Origin: Candidatus Thorarchaeota archaeon
Lineage (GTDB): Archaea; Asgardarchaeota; Thorarchaeia; Thorarchaeales; Thorarchaeaceae
Reading direction: 5' to 3'
Assembly (NCBI GenBank): GCA_046482545.1
Contig: JAWOEX010000021.1
Span: 128,001-192,000 of the forward strand
DNA: 64,000 bases
Position 1 is the first letter of the stretch. Every line of letters starts with the position of its first letter. This document shows, piece by piece, positions 20,124 through 29,103 of this stretch. A program made the translations under genes and the position numbers. Under the pieces are notes generated by a model. That model was not told the origin of the DNA. It did not search any database and saw only the letters and a program-made list of their open reading frames with translations.

Positions 20124-20265
20124 ATTATTCACCTCCAGTATGATTTTTTGTCTATGTTGATTTCTTATCTTAAAAAGTTCACGATTGTTAATATTTTGGC
20201 AAATCTTATCGGGAATATGTGGAGATTTTTGCAGATGGTTCACAGAGAGAAGGAAGAGAATGAGC

Positions 20266-21018
20266 TCAGTGCTGTTTTGAATCATTGCGCAAGACGTTTC
20301 GTAGGTATTCCCAGTCACCAATCTTGTCAACCACGTCTTGAGAAGCCAATGCTACATCGGGCCGACCGTCGAATATGACTCTTCCCTCATGTAGTACCAT
20401 CAGTGATTCAGCCCAATTCTCATAATAGAATCGGTTATGGGTTGTATACATGACACTAATGTCCTGCCTGCGTAAATTGCGTATTATTTCCACGAGCCTC
20501 ATTACCATCTGATAGTCCAGACCGCTGAATGGTTCGTCTAAAAGCAGTATCTTTGGATTCAGGGCGAGGATACCAGCTAGCGCAATCCGTTTTGCCTGGC
20601 CATGGCTCAGTTCGTTGATTGATCGATTTTTGTAATCTGCCATACCAACCATTTCCAGTGTCCTTTCCACCCTTTGGACTACATCCTGATGTGATAGACC
20701 TTGATTCTTCGGACCGAAGGCCACATCTTCCCACACCGTAGGAGCAAACAGCTGATCATCTGGGTTCTGAAAGAGAAGTCCAATATCCTGCCGAATCCTC
20801 CATAGATTAGAGGGCTTTAGTTCTCGTCCCAGTACTCTGATGCTCCCTGAATCTGGTCGCAGAAGACCGACAATGAGCCGAAGCAGAGTGGTTTTGCCAG
20901 ACCCATTCAACCCTACTATCGCCTTCAATTCTCCCTTCGCCAGCTCTAAATTGATTTCTTGCATAGTAAACTCACTGTAACTGAACGATACATCCTTGAT
21001 ATCTGTGGCATTAACCAA
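20266..21018 (-). CDS. nikO: ECF transporter ATPase NikO/CbiO
   Basis: GLNGSGKT, FQNPDDQLFAPTV, LSHGQ. Confidence 0.88.
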   Translation of the reverse strand: MVNATDIKDVSFSYSEFTMQEINLELAKGELKAIVGLNGSGKTTLLRLIVGLLRPDSGSIRVLGRELKPSNLWRIRQDIGLLFQNPDDQLFAPTVWEDVAFGPKNQGLSHQDVVQRVERTLEMVGMADYKNRSINELSHGQAKRIALAGILALNPKILLLDEPFSGLDYQMVMRLVEIIRNLRRQDISVMYTTHNRFYYENWAESLMVLHEGRVIFDGRPDVALASQDVVDKIGDWEYLRNVLRNDSKQH

Positions 21019-21791
21019 TTGCAGAAAACCTCCGTGACTAGGGGGAACAACACCAGAAAGAAGCTGGCAAAAAGCGCAGCAAGCAGAAGTGCAGTATCCC
21101 CACGTTTGAATCCAGTTGCATCCATTATGTTTGCCCTTCCAAACCCACGCAGTAGCATTGCCTCGTATACAGATTCACTTCTCTGTAAGGCGCGACCAAT
21201 TGTAGAACCCACCATGAAGCCGGTGGACTTTATCCTGCTCCATCTTTTCCCCTTCTGATATCCCCGTAATGCCTGGGCATCTTGCATTGTCTCCCGCTCT
21301 TCAACAAAAAGTGGAATGTATCTGAGCATTATAAGAAGAGAGGCAATGATTGAGCTCGGAATATGGAGAGACCTCAATCCCGCTGTGAACTCGGATAGGC
21401 TCATGTGTGAGAAAGTCACCATGAAAAGTAGTAGCAGAGTCATCATTCTAAAACCAAGAAAAAGACCTAACTCCAGTCCTTCCCAGTACAACGGGACATT
21501 CAACAATGGGACCCGAAAAAGTTCAGTATCACCAAAAATGAATGGCATGAAGAATATCCAGAATAGGATAACCAGTTCAAGTCTTGTGACTAATGGCAAA
21601 ACACGGTGCCATGCAGTGTGCGCAACAGTTCCAAAAACCAGAATACACGCTATGATGAGAACAACAGCTACGATGCTCCGTTGTAGTGAAATAACTATAC
21701 CAAGAAAAAAAGAGAAGAGAATGATTCCTGCCGGTGAGAACCGTTCCAGATTCTCTCTAGCACTGGAGAAGGGAAGGAGGAATCGCTCCAT
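20946..21791 (-). CDS. nikQ: ECF transporter T component NikQ/CbiQ
   Basis: LRYIPLF, ALRG, AMLLRGF. Confidence 0.88.
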   Translation of the reverse strand: MERFLLPFSSARENLERFSPAGIILFSFFLGIVISLQRSIVAVVLIIACILVFGTVAHTAWHRVLPLVTRLELVILFWIFFMPFIFGDTELFRVPLLNVPLYWEGLELGLFLGFRMMTLLLLFMVTFSHMSLSEFTAGLRSLHIPSSIIASLLIMLRYIPLFVEERETMQDAQALRGYQKGKRWSRIKSTGFMVGSTIGRALQRSESVYEAMLLRGFGRANIMDATGFKRGDTALLLAALFASFFLVLFPLVTEVFCNWLMPQISRMYRSVTVSLLCKKSI

Positions 21792-21845
21792 TCATCTTAC
21801 ACTTCCAAGTCCAATCCGGGGAGGAGTATTTTAGATTGAAATGAA

Positions 21846-22139
21846 TTACGCTTGTTCAGTTCTGCGGGCAAGCAACCAGAAGAGGAATACGCCCAGCGCA
21901 AAGACAGCAACTATCCCGATGGCACCGGTTATGACATCAGTCACTGCACCTTCTTCGAGAAAAGCGAAAATGCCCTCGAATGAAGAACGGGGCTCTCCTA
22001 CACCCGCGAATTCAAAGAGTGACCATTCGAAACCGTCGGGCATATTGGATGCAAATCCGCCCAGAATAATGACGGAAACAGCTGCTATGAGGACTATGAG
22101 AATCAATACTACAAACTTCATAGCGTTTTGTCCTTCCAT
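21846..22139 (-). CDS. nikN: NikN/PDGLE-domain membrane component
   Basis: ASNMPDGFE motif, 2 TM. Confidence 0.8.
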   Translation of the reverse strand: MEGQNAMKFVVLILIVLIAAVSVIILGGFASNMPDGFEWSLFEFAGVGEPRSSFEGIFAFLEEGAVTDVITGAIGIVAVFALGVFLFWLLARRTEQA

Positions 22140-22140
22140 T

Positions 22141-22827
22141 TTACACACCCTCCGCATCAGGTACGACAGATATTTCATCTAGTTCGCTTGAGTCCAAGAA
22201 GGAAACCAGCTCCGGTCTTGATTTCACGAAATACAGTAGAATGACAAAAGTCAGAATTGCCTCACCCACAGCGATGATTACGTGAACGCTTGTAATTGCA
22301 ATCAGGGATTCAAATCCAAACCCCGGAACTGTGAGAAGCTCGATTCCCAGTAGCATAGCTGCAATAATCGTTGTTACAAAGGATGCAATCGCTGTGGCAA
22401 TTAGTACGGCACGCTTCTTGTCTAGAAAGCTTCCCAACATCTTGAAGAGACCCTTCGCTAGAATCCACCCAAATAAACATGAAAACACACCCATATTGAA
22501 TAGATTGAGACCAAAGGTAAGAAGTCCGCCATCACCATATAGTGCTTGAACGAATAGCACCAGTGCCATTATCAATATCCCAGCCCATGGTCCAAGCATA
22601 ACCGCTAGGAGAGTCGATCCCACAAGGTGTCCGCTAGATGCTGGTGGTACAGGAAAATTGACTAGCTGTACAGCAAATATGACAGCAGCCATCACTCCAA
22701 TATAGGGCACGAGCCGTTCACTGTATCTATTATGAATAATCTTCACTGAAATAATTAATATCAAACCGCTGACAACGAAGAGGAGAAGCTGTAGCCATAG
22801 CGGAACAATACCATCAGGTACATGCAT
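22141..22827 (-). CDS. nikM: ECF S component NikM/CbiM
   Basis: N-terminal MHVPDG metal-binding motif, SGHLVG, DGGL. Confidence 0.9.
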   Translation of the reverse strand: MHVPDGIVPLWLQLLLFVVSGLILIISVKIIHNRYSERLVPYIGVMAAVIFAVQLVNFPVPPASSGHLVGSTLLAVMLGPWAGILIMALVLFVQALYGDGGLLTFGLNLFNMGVFSCLFGWILAKGLFKMLGSFLDKKRAVLIATAIASFVTTIIAAMLLGIELLTVPGFGFESLIAITSVHVIIAVGEAILTFVILLYFVKSRPELVSFLDSSELDEISVVPDAEGV

Positions 22828-22835
22828 TTTAATTC

Positions 22836-22946
22836 GTGTTACTCCTTTTGAATTCGTGTTACTGTAAGGGCGCAGCAGTTATATTTGTTATGAATTTTTG
22901 GAATGATGTGACACGGAAGTGGTATTATCGTGACACAATGTGTTAC
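22836..22946. promoter_or_regulatory. Candidate NikR operator array
   Basis: GTGTTAC-N13-GTGTTAC (22836-22862), GTGACAC at 22908 and 22930, GTGTTAC at 22940, between divergent nikM and nikR. Confidence 0.65.
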
Positions 22947-22990
22947 CATAACCACAAAGTTATAGCAAACAATGAAGCACCAAAAGATGG

Positions 22991-23425
22991 TTGCGTAGCA
23001 TGACTATCCAGAGATTTGGCGTTTCAGTACCCGAAGATCTACTAGCGAAATTCGACAGAATCGTCGAAAAGAGAGATTATGTTGGCAGATCTGAAGCGAT
23101 ACGAGACGCGATGCGCCAGTTCATATCACAGTGGGAATGGGAGAACAAGCAAGAGGGGAGAACAGCTGCGCTGAACATTGTATATGAGCATCAGCCAAGA
23201 TTGATGGCTAAGCTAATCGAAGTTCAGCATTCAGCCGAGGCACATGTGAAATCCACGGTTCATATTCACTTAACAAAGAAGCACTGCTTTGAGGTTCTCA
23301 GCATCGAAGGGAGAAAGGGGCAAATCCAACAACTAGCTGATACAATAGCGGGCCTCCCAGGAATAGTTGCTTCACAGCTGTTTGTGTATTCGCTGGAAGA
23401 TGGAGAAAGTCCCCATGAGCATTAA
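22991..23425 (+). CDS. nikR: Nickel-responsive regulator NikR
   Basis: RFGVSV RHH domain, RSEAIRDA, H..HIH..HC Ni ligands. Confidence 0.93.
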   Translation: MRSMTIQRFGVSVPEDLLAKFDRIVEKRDYVGRSEAIRDAMRQFISQWEWENKQEGRTAALNIVYEHQPRLMAKLIEVQHSAEAHVKSTVHIHLTKKHCFEVLSIEGRKGQIQQLADTIAGLPGIVASQLFVYSLEDGESPHEH

Positions 23426-23443
23426 TGAACTGCTGTGTAGGTT

Positions 23444-23740
23444 CTAATCCGAAAGACGTTGTATTTTGAAGACGACGGTACCACCTGACGTGTATGGTTT
23501 GCCTGGATCCAAGCACTGCACATAGTACGTATCTTTTTCATGCGATAGGCCAATTTCATTAGCAGGTACTCCAGAACGAATAGCCAGCAAATATGGCATC
23601 CATGAGGATGATGCCCATACACAGTAGGCATCCGTCTTCTCAAGATTTAGCGCAGCTCCTTCTATGATGATTTCATCACCTTGCTCGAAGACAGGGCAAG
23701 TCCCTTCTACCTGTTCAACCGCTATTTTGATTCCTTTCAT
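23444..23740 (-). CDS. TIGR04076-like Cys-rich protein
   Basis: GTCPVFEQGD, YC, QCLDPG...GTVVFKI; start ATG 23740. Confidence 0.78.
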   Translation of the reverse strand: MKGIKIAVEQVEGTCPVFEQGDEIIIEGAALNLEKTDAYCVWASSSWMPYLLAIRSGVPANEIGLSHEKDTYYVQCLDPGKPYTSGGTVVFKIQRLSD

Positions 23741-23811
23741 TGCGAGTAGTAATGACTGTGACTCCAAATAAACGAGCTGACTGTCCCTAACCGTTGCTGC
23801 GAAGCTCACGT

Positions 23812-23931
23812 ACAAAGCCCCTGCTGACCTGAGGACCTTCGGGTACCTTGGGGGCAGCGACGCTGGCAGGGGAAGGGTGGAGCACAGAAGTTTCCTCAGT
23901 TGGGTTCACTCAACTGTAAGAAATGGGTTAT
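23812..23931 (+). repeat. Fragment C of dispersed element (3' part)
   Basis: 67/83 ungapped identity of 23812-23894 to 31884-31966; 3' end shared with 26256-26320. Confidence 0.85.
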
Positions 23932-24078
23932 CAGGAAGGTGTAGAAGACAAACTAGCACTACTTGAAGAACGCATCATAGAAAATCCAAAAACCATCAGA
24001 TGGCGGGTTAGAGCTTTTTTAGGACGCAAGTTGCCTGTCAGGAAGGTTGTTGAAGAAGAGAATCTGAAAGTAGGTTAG
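23923..24078 (+). pseudogene. C-terminal remnant of an uncharacterised (nucleotidyltransferase-like?) protein
   Basis: 51 codons, LEERIIENPKTIRWRVRAFLGRKLPVRKVVEE, resembling a PKS..W..R...G C-terminal motif; begins at the end of repeat fragment C. Confidence 0.4.
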
Positions 24079-24118
24079 AATCTTCTCTATTGCCTACCGC
24101 CATTGTTCACGTGTTGAT

Positions 24119-24622
24119 TCATTCTTTCCAGTAGTATTCAAAATCGCAGCAATCCTCGCCTTGCATAAGCGTTTTTGACCGTCTCAATCTAACATCTGGA
24201 TGGATTGCAGGGGTTGCTGGAAAGTCCTGTTTACAGTGAAGGAGATAGCCAATTTCGGTTGCGTCAAGTTTCTCAAATACTCTGGCATGGACACACTGAG
24301 TGACCATGCAGAGTGATTTGGTTTCGTCTTCTTCTGTTATAGTGACCTCTTCGATGTTGTTCTTGTTCAGGTCGTTGACCCATTGATGCAACAGTAGCTT
24401 GACGTCTTCAAAGTTTTGAATGGGCTCATCTAGTTCTTCAACAATACTCCTAACATCTTCAACTGCTTGGCGTTCGGCCCAATCAGAAACCATTTGGTGA
24501 GCTCTCTGTTCACCAAGACTCTTTTCCAAGGCGCGTACGAGTGATACAAGTTGTGAGGCAATGGCTTCAAAGTGCTCTTCAACAGTGATATCCATCTGAT
24601 GCTCAAACTTCGAATTGGACAA
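24119..24622 (-). CDS. L-2-amino-thiazoline-4-carboxylate hydrolase-like (V4R-fold) protein
   Basis: VTQCVHA, GYLLHCKQDF, LRRSKTLMQGEDCCDF. Confidence 0.85.
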   Translation of the reverse strand: MSNSKFEHQMDITVEEHFEAIASQLVSLVRALEKSLGEQRAHQMVSDWAERQAVEDVRSIVEELDEPIQNFEDVKLLLHQWVNDLNKNNIEEVTITEEDETKSLCMVTQCVHARVFEKLDATEIGYLLHCKQDFPATPAIHPDVRLRRSKTLMQGEDCCDFEYYWKE

Positions 24623-24697
24623 GTTTCGTTCCTCATCTTAGAATTGAAAGCCAACTACATATCTTTATCTGAAAATTACAAGGAACTGCGACCTGCC

Positions 24698-24984
24698 TCA
24701 TACCGGGAATCTACTGTTTGATTAACAGCAGATCTTCCACAGTGTTTGCCACGGCGTGGCCATGATGACCCACCTCAGCCTTGTCACCGTAGCTGAGAAG
24801 ATCAATCTAGACATGGTGAACAGCCGTGGGTTCTCCTGAACTCGATGGAGTACCTTGTTTGAAGAGTGAGGGTTTCTGCTTAGAAGACTGGTCTTCCCTT
24901 AGGCTTTCGGCCGCGTGCGTCGTGTAAGAGCACTAGCCCATTTGCCTAGTCGTGCTGATATCCGGTACTGTTGTCAGTCTAATG
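24698..24984 (-). repeat. Fragment B of dispersed element (5' part, inverted)
   Basis: Reverse complement of 24733-24951 is about 78% identical to 31576-31796; weaker similarity extends on both sides. Confidence 0.85.
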
Positions 24985-25064
24985 AACACATCTTTGGCCA
25001 CGAGAAGGGCTTAATCAAATCTTGCAGAAATCCTATATTTTACTGCACTGATGTATTAATATTT

Positions 25065-26210
25065 TTAAGATTTACAAAGCTCTTGAATCATCTCATCCAA
25101 AAGACCAAGGCCTTCCTTCAAATGCTCTTTCTCGCCGCCAAAGCCGATACGTAGATGTTTGTCAAAGCCAAAATGCTCACCAGGTACAAGCAGCAGGCCT
25201 TTCTCCTTTCGTAGCCTCTCCACCAGCTCAAGTGAACTCAACGGGAGATTATGCTTTGGAAAACACATACTTGAAGCCTGAGGAGGAACATAATCAAATA
25301 CACCGCGACGTTCATCAAGCCAATTTTTCAACATTCCCCAGTTTTGACGCACGATTTCAGTAGCGCGATCTCGTAGCCATTCTCTCTTATTGGGTTGTAA
25401 GGCCACAGTTGCCAGCGCATCGCTGATTTTGGTTGGACAGATTGTGATGTAATCCGAGTACGCCCACAATTCTTCAGCATGCTTCTTGTCTGTCGTTGCT
25501 ATCCAGCCCAAACGCAGACCAGGGAGGCCATATGTCTTGGACAGACTGTTGGTGACAACAACCTTGTCATATTGATCGAATATGGTTGGTGTCAACTCGC
25601 CATCCATCTCAGCGCCCTGATAAATCTCATCTGACAGAATCCATACATCAGCATCCTCAGCAATATCAACGACTGGTTTCAATTGTTCAGAATCAAAAGT
25701 TGTGCCTGTTGGATTGTTTGGATTACAAATTGCTATAGCTATGGTTTCTGAGCTGATGGCTTCCTTGAGCATCTCTACATCAAGATTCCATCCGCCACCC
25801 TCCATCTTGAGGTTCCATGGAATGATGCTACCACCTAGCGTTCGAACTACTCCATGAATCTGCATGTAGTTGGGCTGCATCAATATAATCTCATGCCCAT
25901 TATCAGATTCATTCACAAAGTTCCACATGGAAATGAAATTAGCTTCCGCTCCACCGTTTGTGACCAAAATGTTTTCTGCATCAGCTCCTTTGTACATCGA
26001 TGCTATAGTCTCTCTGAGTGGAATGGTGCCATTAGTCTGTGAATAACCCAGCTTCATGTTGAAGATTGTCTCGCGTTCTCGTTGGTCTGGAACAAGTTCC
26101 GCGATACTTAGTGGTTCAACACCACTTTCCGTAAGGACAATATCAACAATATGTTCCCATTCACTTTGAATTCTCTCAAGTTCAAAAGGCTCTAACTTCA
26201 CATGCTTCAC
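25065..26210 (-). CDS. Class I/II PLP-dependent aminotransferase
   Basis: NPNNPTG, SDEIY, SLSKTYGLPGLRLGW. Confidence 0.93.
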   Translation of the reverse strand: MKHVKLEPFELERIQSEWEHIVDIVLTESGVEPLSIAELVPDQRERETIFNMKLGYSQTNGTIPLRETIASMYKGADAENILVTNGGAEANFISMWNFVNESDNGHEIILMQPNYMQIHGVVRTLGGSIIPWNLKMEGGGWNLDVEMLKEAISSETIAIAICNPNNPTGTTFDSEQLKPVVDIAEDADVWILSDEIYQGAEMDGELTPTIFDQYDKVVVTNSLSKTYGLPGLRLGWIATTDKKHAEELWAYSDYITICPTKISDALATVALQPNKREWLRDRATEIVRQNWGMLKNWLDERRGVFDYVPPQASSMCFPKHNLPLSSLELVERLRKEKGLLLVPGEHFGFDKHLRIGFGGEKEHLKEGLGLLDEMIQELCKS

Positions 26211-26255
26211 CTACTGGTTATTCCAAATACCTCGGTCCGGTATTAACCTCTTGCA

Positions 26256-26320
26256 AGGGGGAAGAAGGAACACAGAATTCTTAGGGAGGTTGAGTTCACT
26301 CACCTGTAAGATAGGTGATA
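26256..26320 (+). repeat. Fragment D of dispersed element, abutting tRNA-His 3' end
   Basis: GGAACACAGAA...GTTGAGTTCACTCACCTGTAAGA matches 23879-23921 (21/23 in the core). Confidence 0.7.
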
Positions 26321-26423
26321 TGGGGCCGAGAGCGGGAATTGAACCCGCGGCTAGGGAGCCACAATCCCCAAGGTTGCCAGAGGGCCTGCCCAATGTCATC
26401 AGGCAGTCTACCCCATCTCGGCC
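26321..26423 (-). tRNA. tRNA-His(GUG) with 28-nt intron at 15/16 (26380-26407); encoded G-1 and CCA
   Basis: G-GCCGAGA/TCTCGGC-C-CCA acceptor, GGGGA-TTGTGGC-TCCCT anticodon arm, GCGGG-TTCAATT-CCCGC T arm; removing the insert restores D arm GGGT-AGTGGCA-ACCT. Confidence 0.92.
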
Positions 26424-26488
26424 ATTACTGTTTCTGAAAAATCTGGGATGGCTTATTATCTTATTCCTTCTTGGCAGATATAACCATT

Positions 26489-27161
26489 CTAATCCAATTT
26501 AATGATCATACCATCGTGAGCAAGTTCGATATCCATGTCAGAAAACTGTTTCATTTTCTCACGCCCAGCTTCAACATCGTCAAGAAGCCACTTGCCTAAA
26601 TGGGTGAATATGATGTGGTCAGTATAGGGTTTGAAGAAGGCTATAAAATCGAGGTTGCCTTTGTGACCTAAACTGCTTTGTTATCCGCAAACACTCTCCC
26701 CCTCGCTCGAATGAAACTTCCGTCGGCAATCACTAGATCCAAATCACCGAACTTATCGTGGTGCTTTTTTCAATCCAAACCATGTCCCCAGTGTACAAAA
26801 GACGATTGTCTCTTTCCAACAGATAGGCTGTAGATTCAACTGCTTTACTGTGGATAGTCGGTATGGCTGTTACTGTATAGGAGCCGATACTTACTTCACC
26901 GGAAATAACCTGAATCTCGATGTCTTCGGACTGTTCAGGCGCACACACAGGAACATCAATGGAATCTACTTTTTAGGTTACGAAGAATGCATGGTCCGGG
27001 TGAAGATGAGTGATGAATACAACATCTGGATTACGTTCCAAGAATTCAAATTCGCCAACATCCAGAAGAATGCATCTATCAACCAGCACTCCAGAATATT
27101 TCGAATGACGGGGGGTTAGGGCTGTATTTGCCCGGGTCCCTAGAAACTCAATTTTGGTCAT
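26489..27161 (-). pseudogene. MBL-fold metallo-hydrolase, disrupted
   Basis: MTKIEFLGT..LLDVG..THLHPDH, in-frame TAA at 26973-26975, then LLYTGD; frameshifts before IADGSF and before IIFTHLGKW...LAHDGM. Confidence 0.8.
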
Positions 27162-27369
27162 TTTGTTACAGGAACTAGTTTTCCTGGTAAGTGAAGGGTC
27201 TTTCGGGAGGCCCAAACATTCCCTAGAAGGTTTGTTCGCGAAACTTGACCGTAAATAAAAAGCGGTGGTAACCATTGCTTTCTTTTTGAATAGCGGCTAG
27301 TCCGTATTCCACAAGCATTATACCTACTCACCCCTTCGCAAAAGTGTGGTCTTCTACGGAGAAAAGAAA

Positions 27370-28542
27370 ATGTTCGAAAAAGAAGGTCTGAACGCAAAGG
27401 AGGTGTTCGAGGAACTTAATCGGATACTTGAAGAGGACACAGAATATGAGTCTGGAAGACCTGTTGCTTCAATGTCGTCAATTCCCTATCAGATATCCTC
27501 CGATATCATGGCTGAGCATATGGAACGGAATCTAGGCCGAAAGCACACATTTCATGGATCAGCCAAAATCGAGAAAGAAGTAATTGAAATGATCGGCGAC
27601 TTAGTTCGTGTTGAGAATGCATGCGGGACAACGACATCAGGAGGCACTGAGTCGAATATCCTCGCAATGGTTGCCGCCAGAGAGATCGGAGACACTAACG
27701 AACCAGAAATCATCACTCCGGAAACAATACACTCCTCGGTAGAGAAGGCTGCATGGCTTCTAGGTGTGAAACTCGTCAAGACTCCAGTTGATTCCCAGTA
27801 CAGAGCAATACCAGACGAAATTGAAAAAGCTATCAATGATAATACGGTTGGCATATTCCTTACCGCGGGAACAACTTACGTTGGCCAGATAGATCCAATT
27901 GACCGTATTGGAAAAATAGCATCCGATGAATCTCTCCCGCTACATGTTGATGCGGCATTTGGGGGTTTTGTAATTCCATTTTTGCAGGAGTTGAATCTTG
28001 GAAACTATCCGTTTAGTTTTGAAGTTCCCGGTGTGACTAGCGTCAGCGTTGACCCTCACAAAACCGGTTTGGCACCAATCCCATCTGGTTCTCTTTTGTT
28101 CCGAAAAAAAGAACATCTCAGCGCTATAACGAGAGAAGTACCCTATATTCCGTTCGATTGTCAAATTCCTACCTTGCTAGGTACACGGCCAGCTGCCCCT
28201 GTAATCGCAACATGGGCAATAATGAAGCATCTTGGCAGAGAAGGATACCAATCCATAGTGGAGGATTGTATGTCTGTAACACGGCTCGCACAAAAGAAGA
28301 CACAGGAAAACCCACATCTACAGTGTGCCATTGAACCCATCTTGAATATCCTCGGAATCATAAGCAATGACATAAGCATCGACAAAATCGTCACAGAAAT
28401 GGAGAAACGAGGATGGATGATGGGCAATTGTCCCCTGCCCGTTAGTTTTCGGATAGTTATCGTCCCTCATGTAACTGAGGACGTAGTAAACACCTTTTTT
28501 GATGATTTGGACGAAATTGCCAGCTCTCTTGGAACACATTGA
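27370..28542 (+). CDS. mfnA: L-tyrosine/L-aspartate decarboxylase
   Basis: SGGTESN, HVDAAFGG, DPHK, TLLGTR. Confidence 0.88.
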   Translation: MFEKEGLNAKEVFEELNRILEEDTEYESGRPVASMSSIPYQISSDIMAEHMERNLGRKHTFHGSAKIEKEVIEMIGDLVRVENACGTTTSGGTESNILAMVAAREIGDTNEPEIITPETIHSSVEKAAWLLGVKLVKTPVDSQYRAIPDEIEKAINDNTVGIFLTAGTTYVGQIDPIDRIGKIASDESLPLHVDAAFGGFVIPFLQELNLGNYPFSFEVPGVTSVSVDPHKTGLAPIPSGSLLFRKKEHLSAITREVPYIPFDCQIPTLLGTRPAAPVIATWAIMKHLGREGYQSIVEDCMSVTRLAQKKTQENPHLQCAIEPILNILGIISNDISIDKIVTEMEKRGWMMGNCPLPVSFRIVIVPHVTEDVVNTFFDDLDEIASSLGTH

Positions 28543-28543
28543 A

Positions 28544-28900
28544 TTACAAATCAACTTCGTGTTTCATTTCTTCAATCTCATCTTCAAGATCACGCACTCG
28601 ATCAGACAGCTCAAGGATTTGGTTCAATAGAACAGAAATTATGTAACCGTAATTAGCAGTATAGCCTTCTTCACGGCTGATAATCTTAGCCTCCTCCAAG
28701 CGCCGTGCAGCGTTTGTAATTGATTGCTTGGAAAGGTTTCGCTCCTTGAACCATTCGTTGACCTGATCGCGGACATCCATTGGAGCCAGAGGCTCTCCTT
28801 GGAGAGGGTCTAGAAGACTATAGAGAACCATCAATCCGGCGCTCATCCTTGGGTTCATTAACTTGGCAAATGCTAAATCGAGATCTGACCTCAATACCAT
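28544..28900 (-). CDS. Winged-helix + coiled-coil hypothetical protein
   Basis: LSKQSITNAARRLEEAKII HTH; C-terminal heptads. Confidence 0.7.
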   Translation of the reverse strand: MVLRSDLDLAFAKLMNPRMSAGLMVLYSLLDPLQGEPLAPMDVRDQVNEWFKERNLSKQSITNAARRLEEAKIISREEGYTANYGYIISVLLNQILELSDRVRDLEDEIEEMKHEVDL

Positions 28901-29103
28901 TCGCTTCCTTTAATATCTGAAATACTCATCCGAAGTAAACGCCAGACAAGTGAAAAAGCTTCCTCAAGCTAGGAGAAATCCTGCGAGAGACAAGGATTGA
29001 CAATTAGCGATACCAAAACGTTTACGCTGGGTATCATAAACGGTGTTTCGAAACAGAAAGGTGAAAAGCCACAAGTTTTTACTCCATCAGAGAGATTCCC
29101 GTC

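Noticed and set aside
22831-22863. CRISPR-like direct repeats
   Set aside because: Only two 13-bp copies 7 bp apart; better explained as a NikR operator. No CRISPR array or cas genes seen in the window.
28978-29056. Three short stems upstream of traB (AATCCT/AGGATT, GATACC/GGTATC, TGTTTCGAAACA)
   Set aside because: Stems of 6 bp or less with no second copy or known motif; indistinguishable from chance without comparative data.
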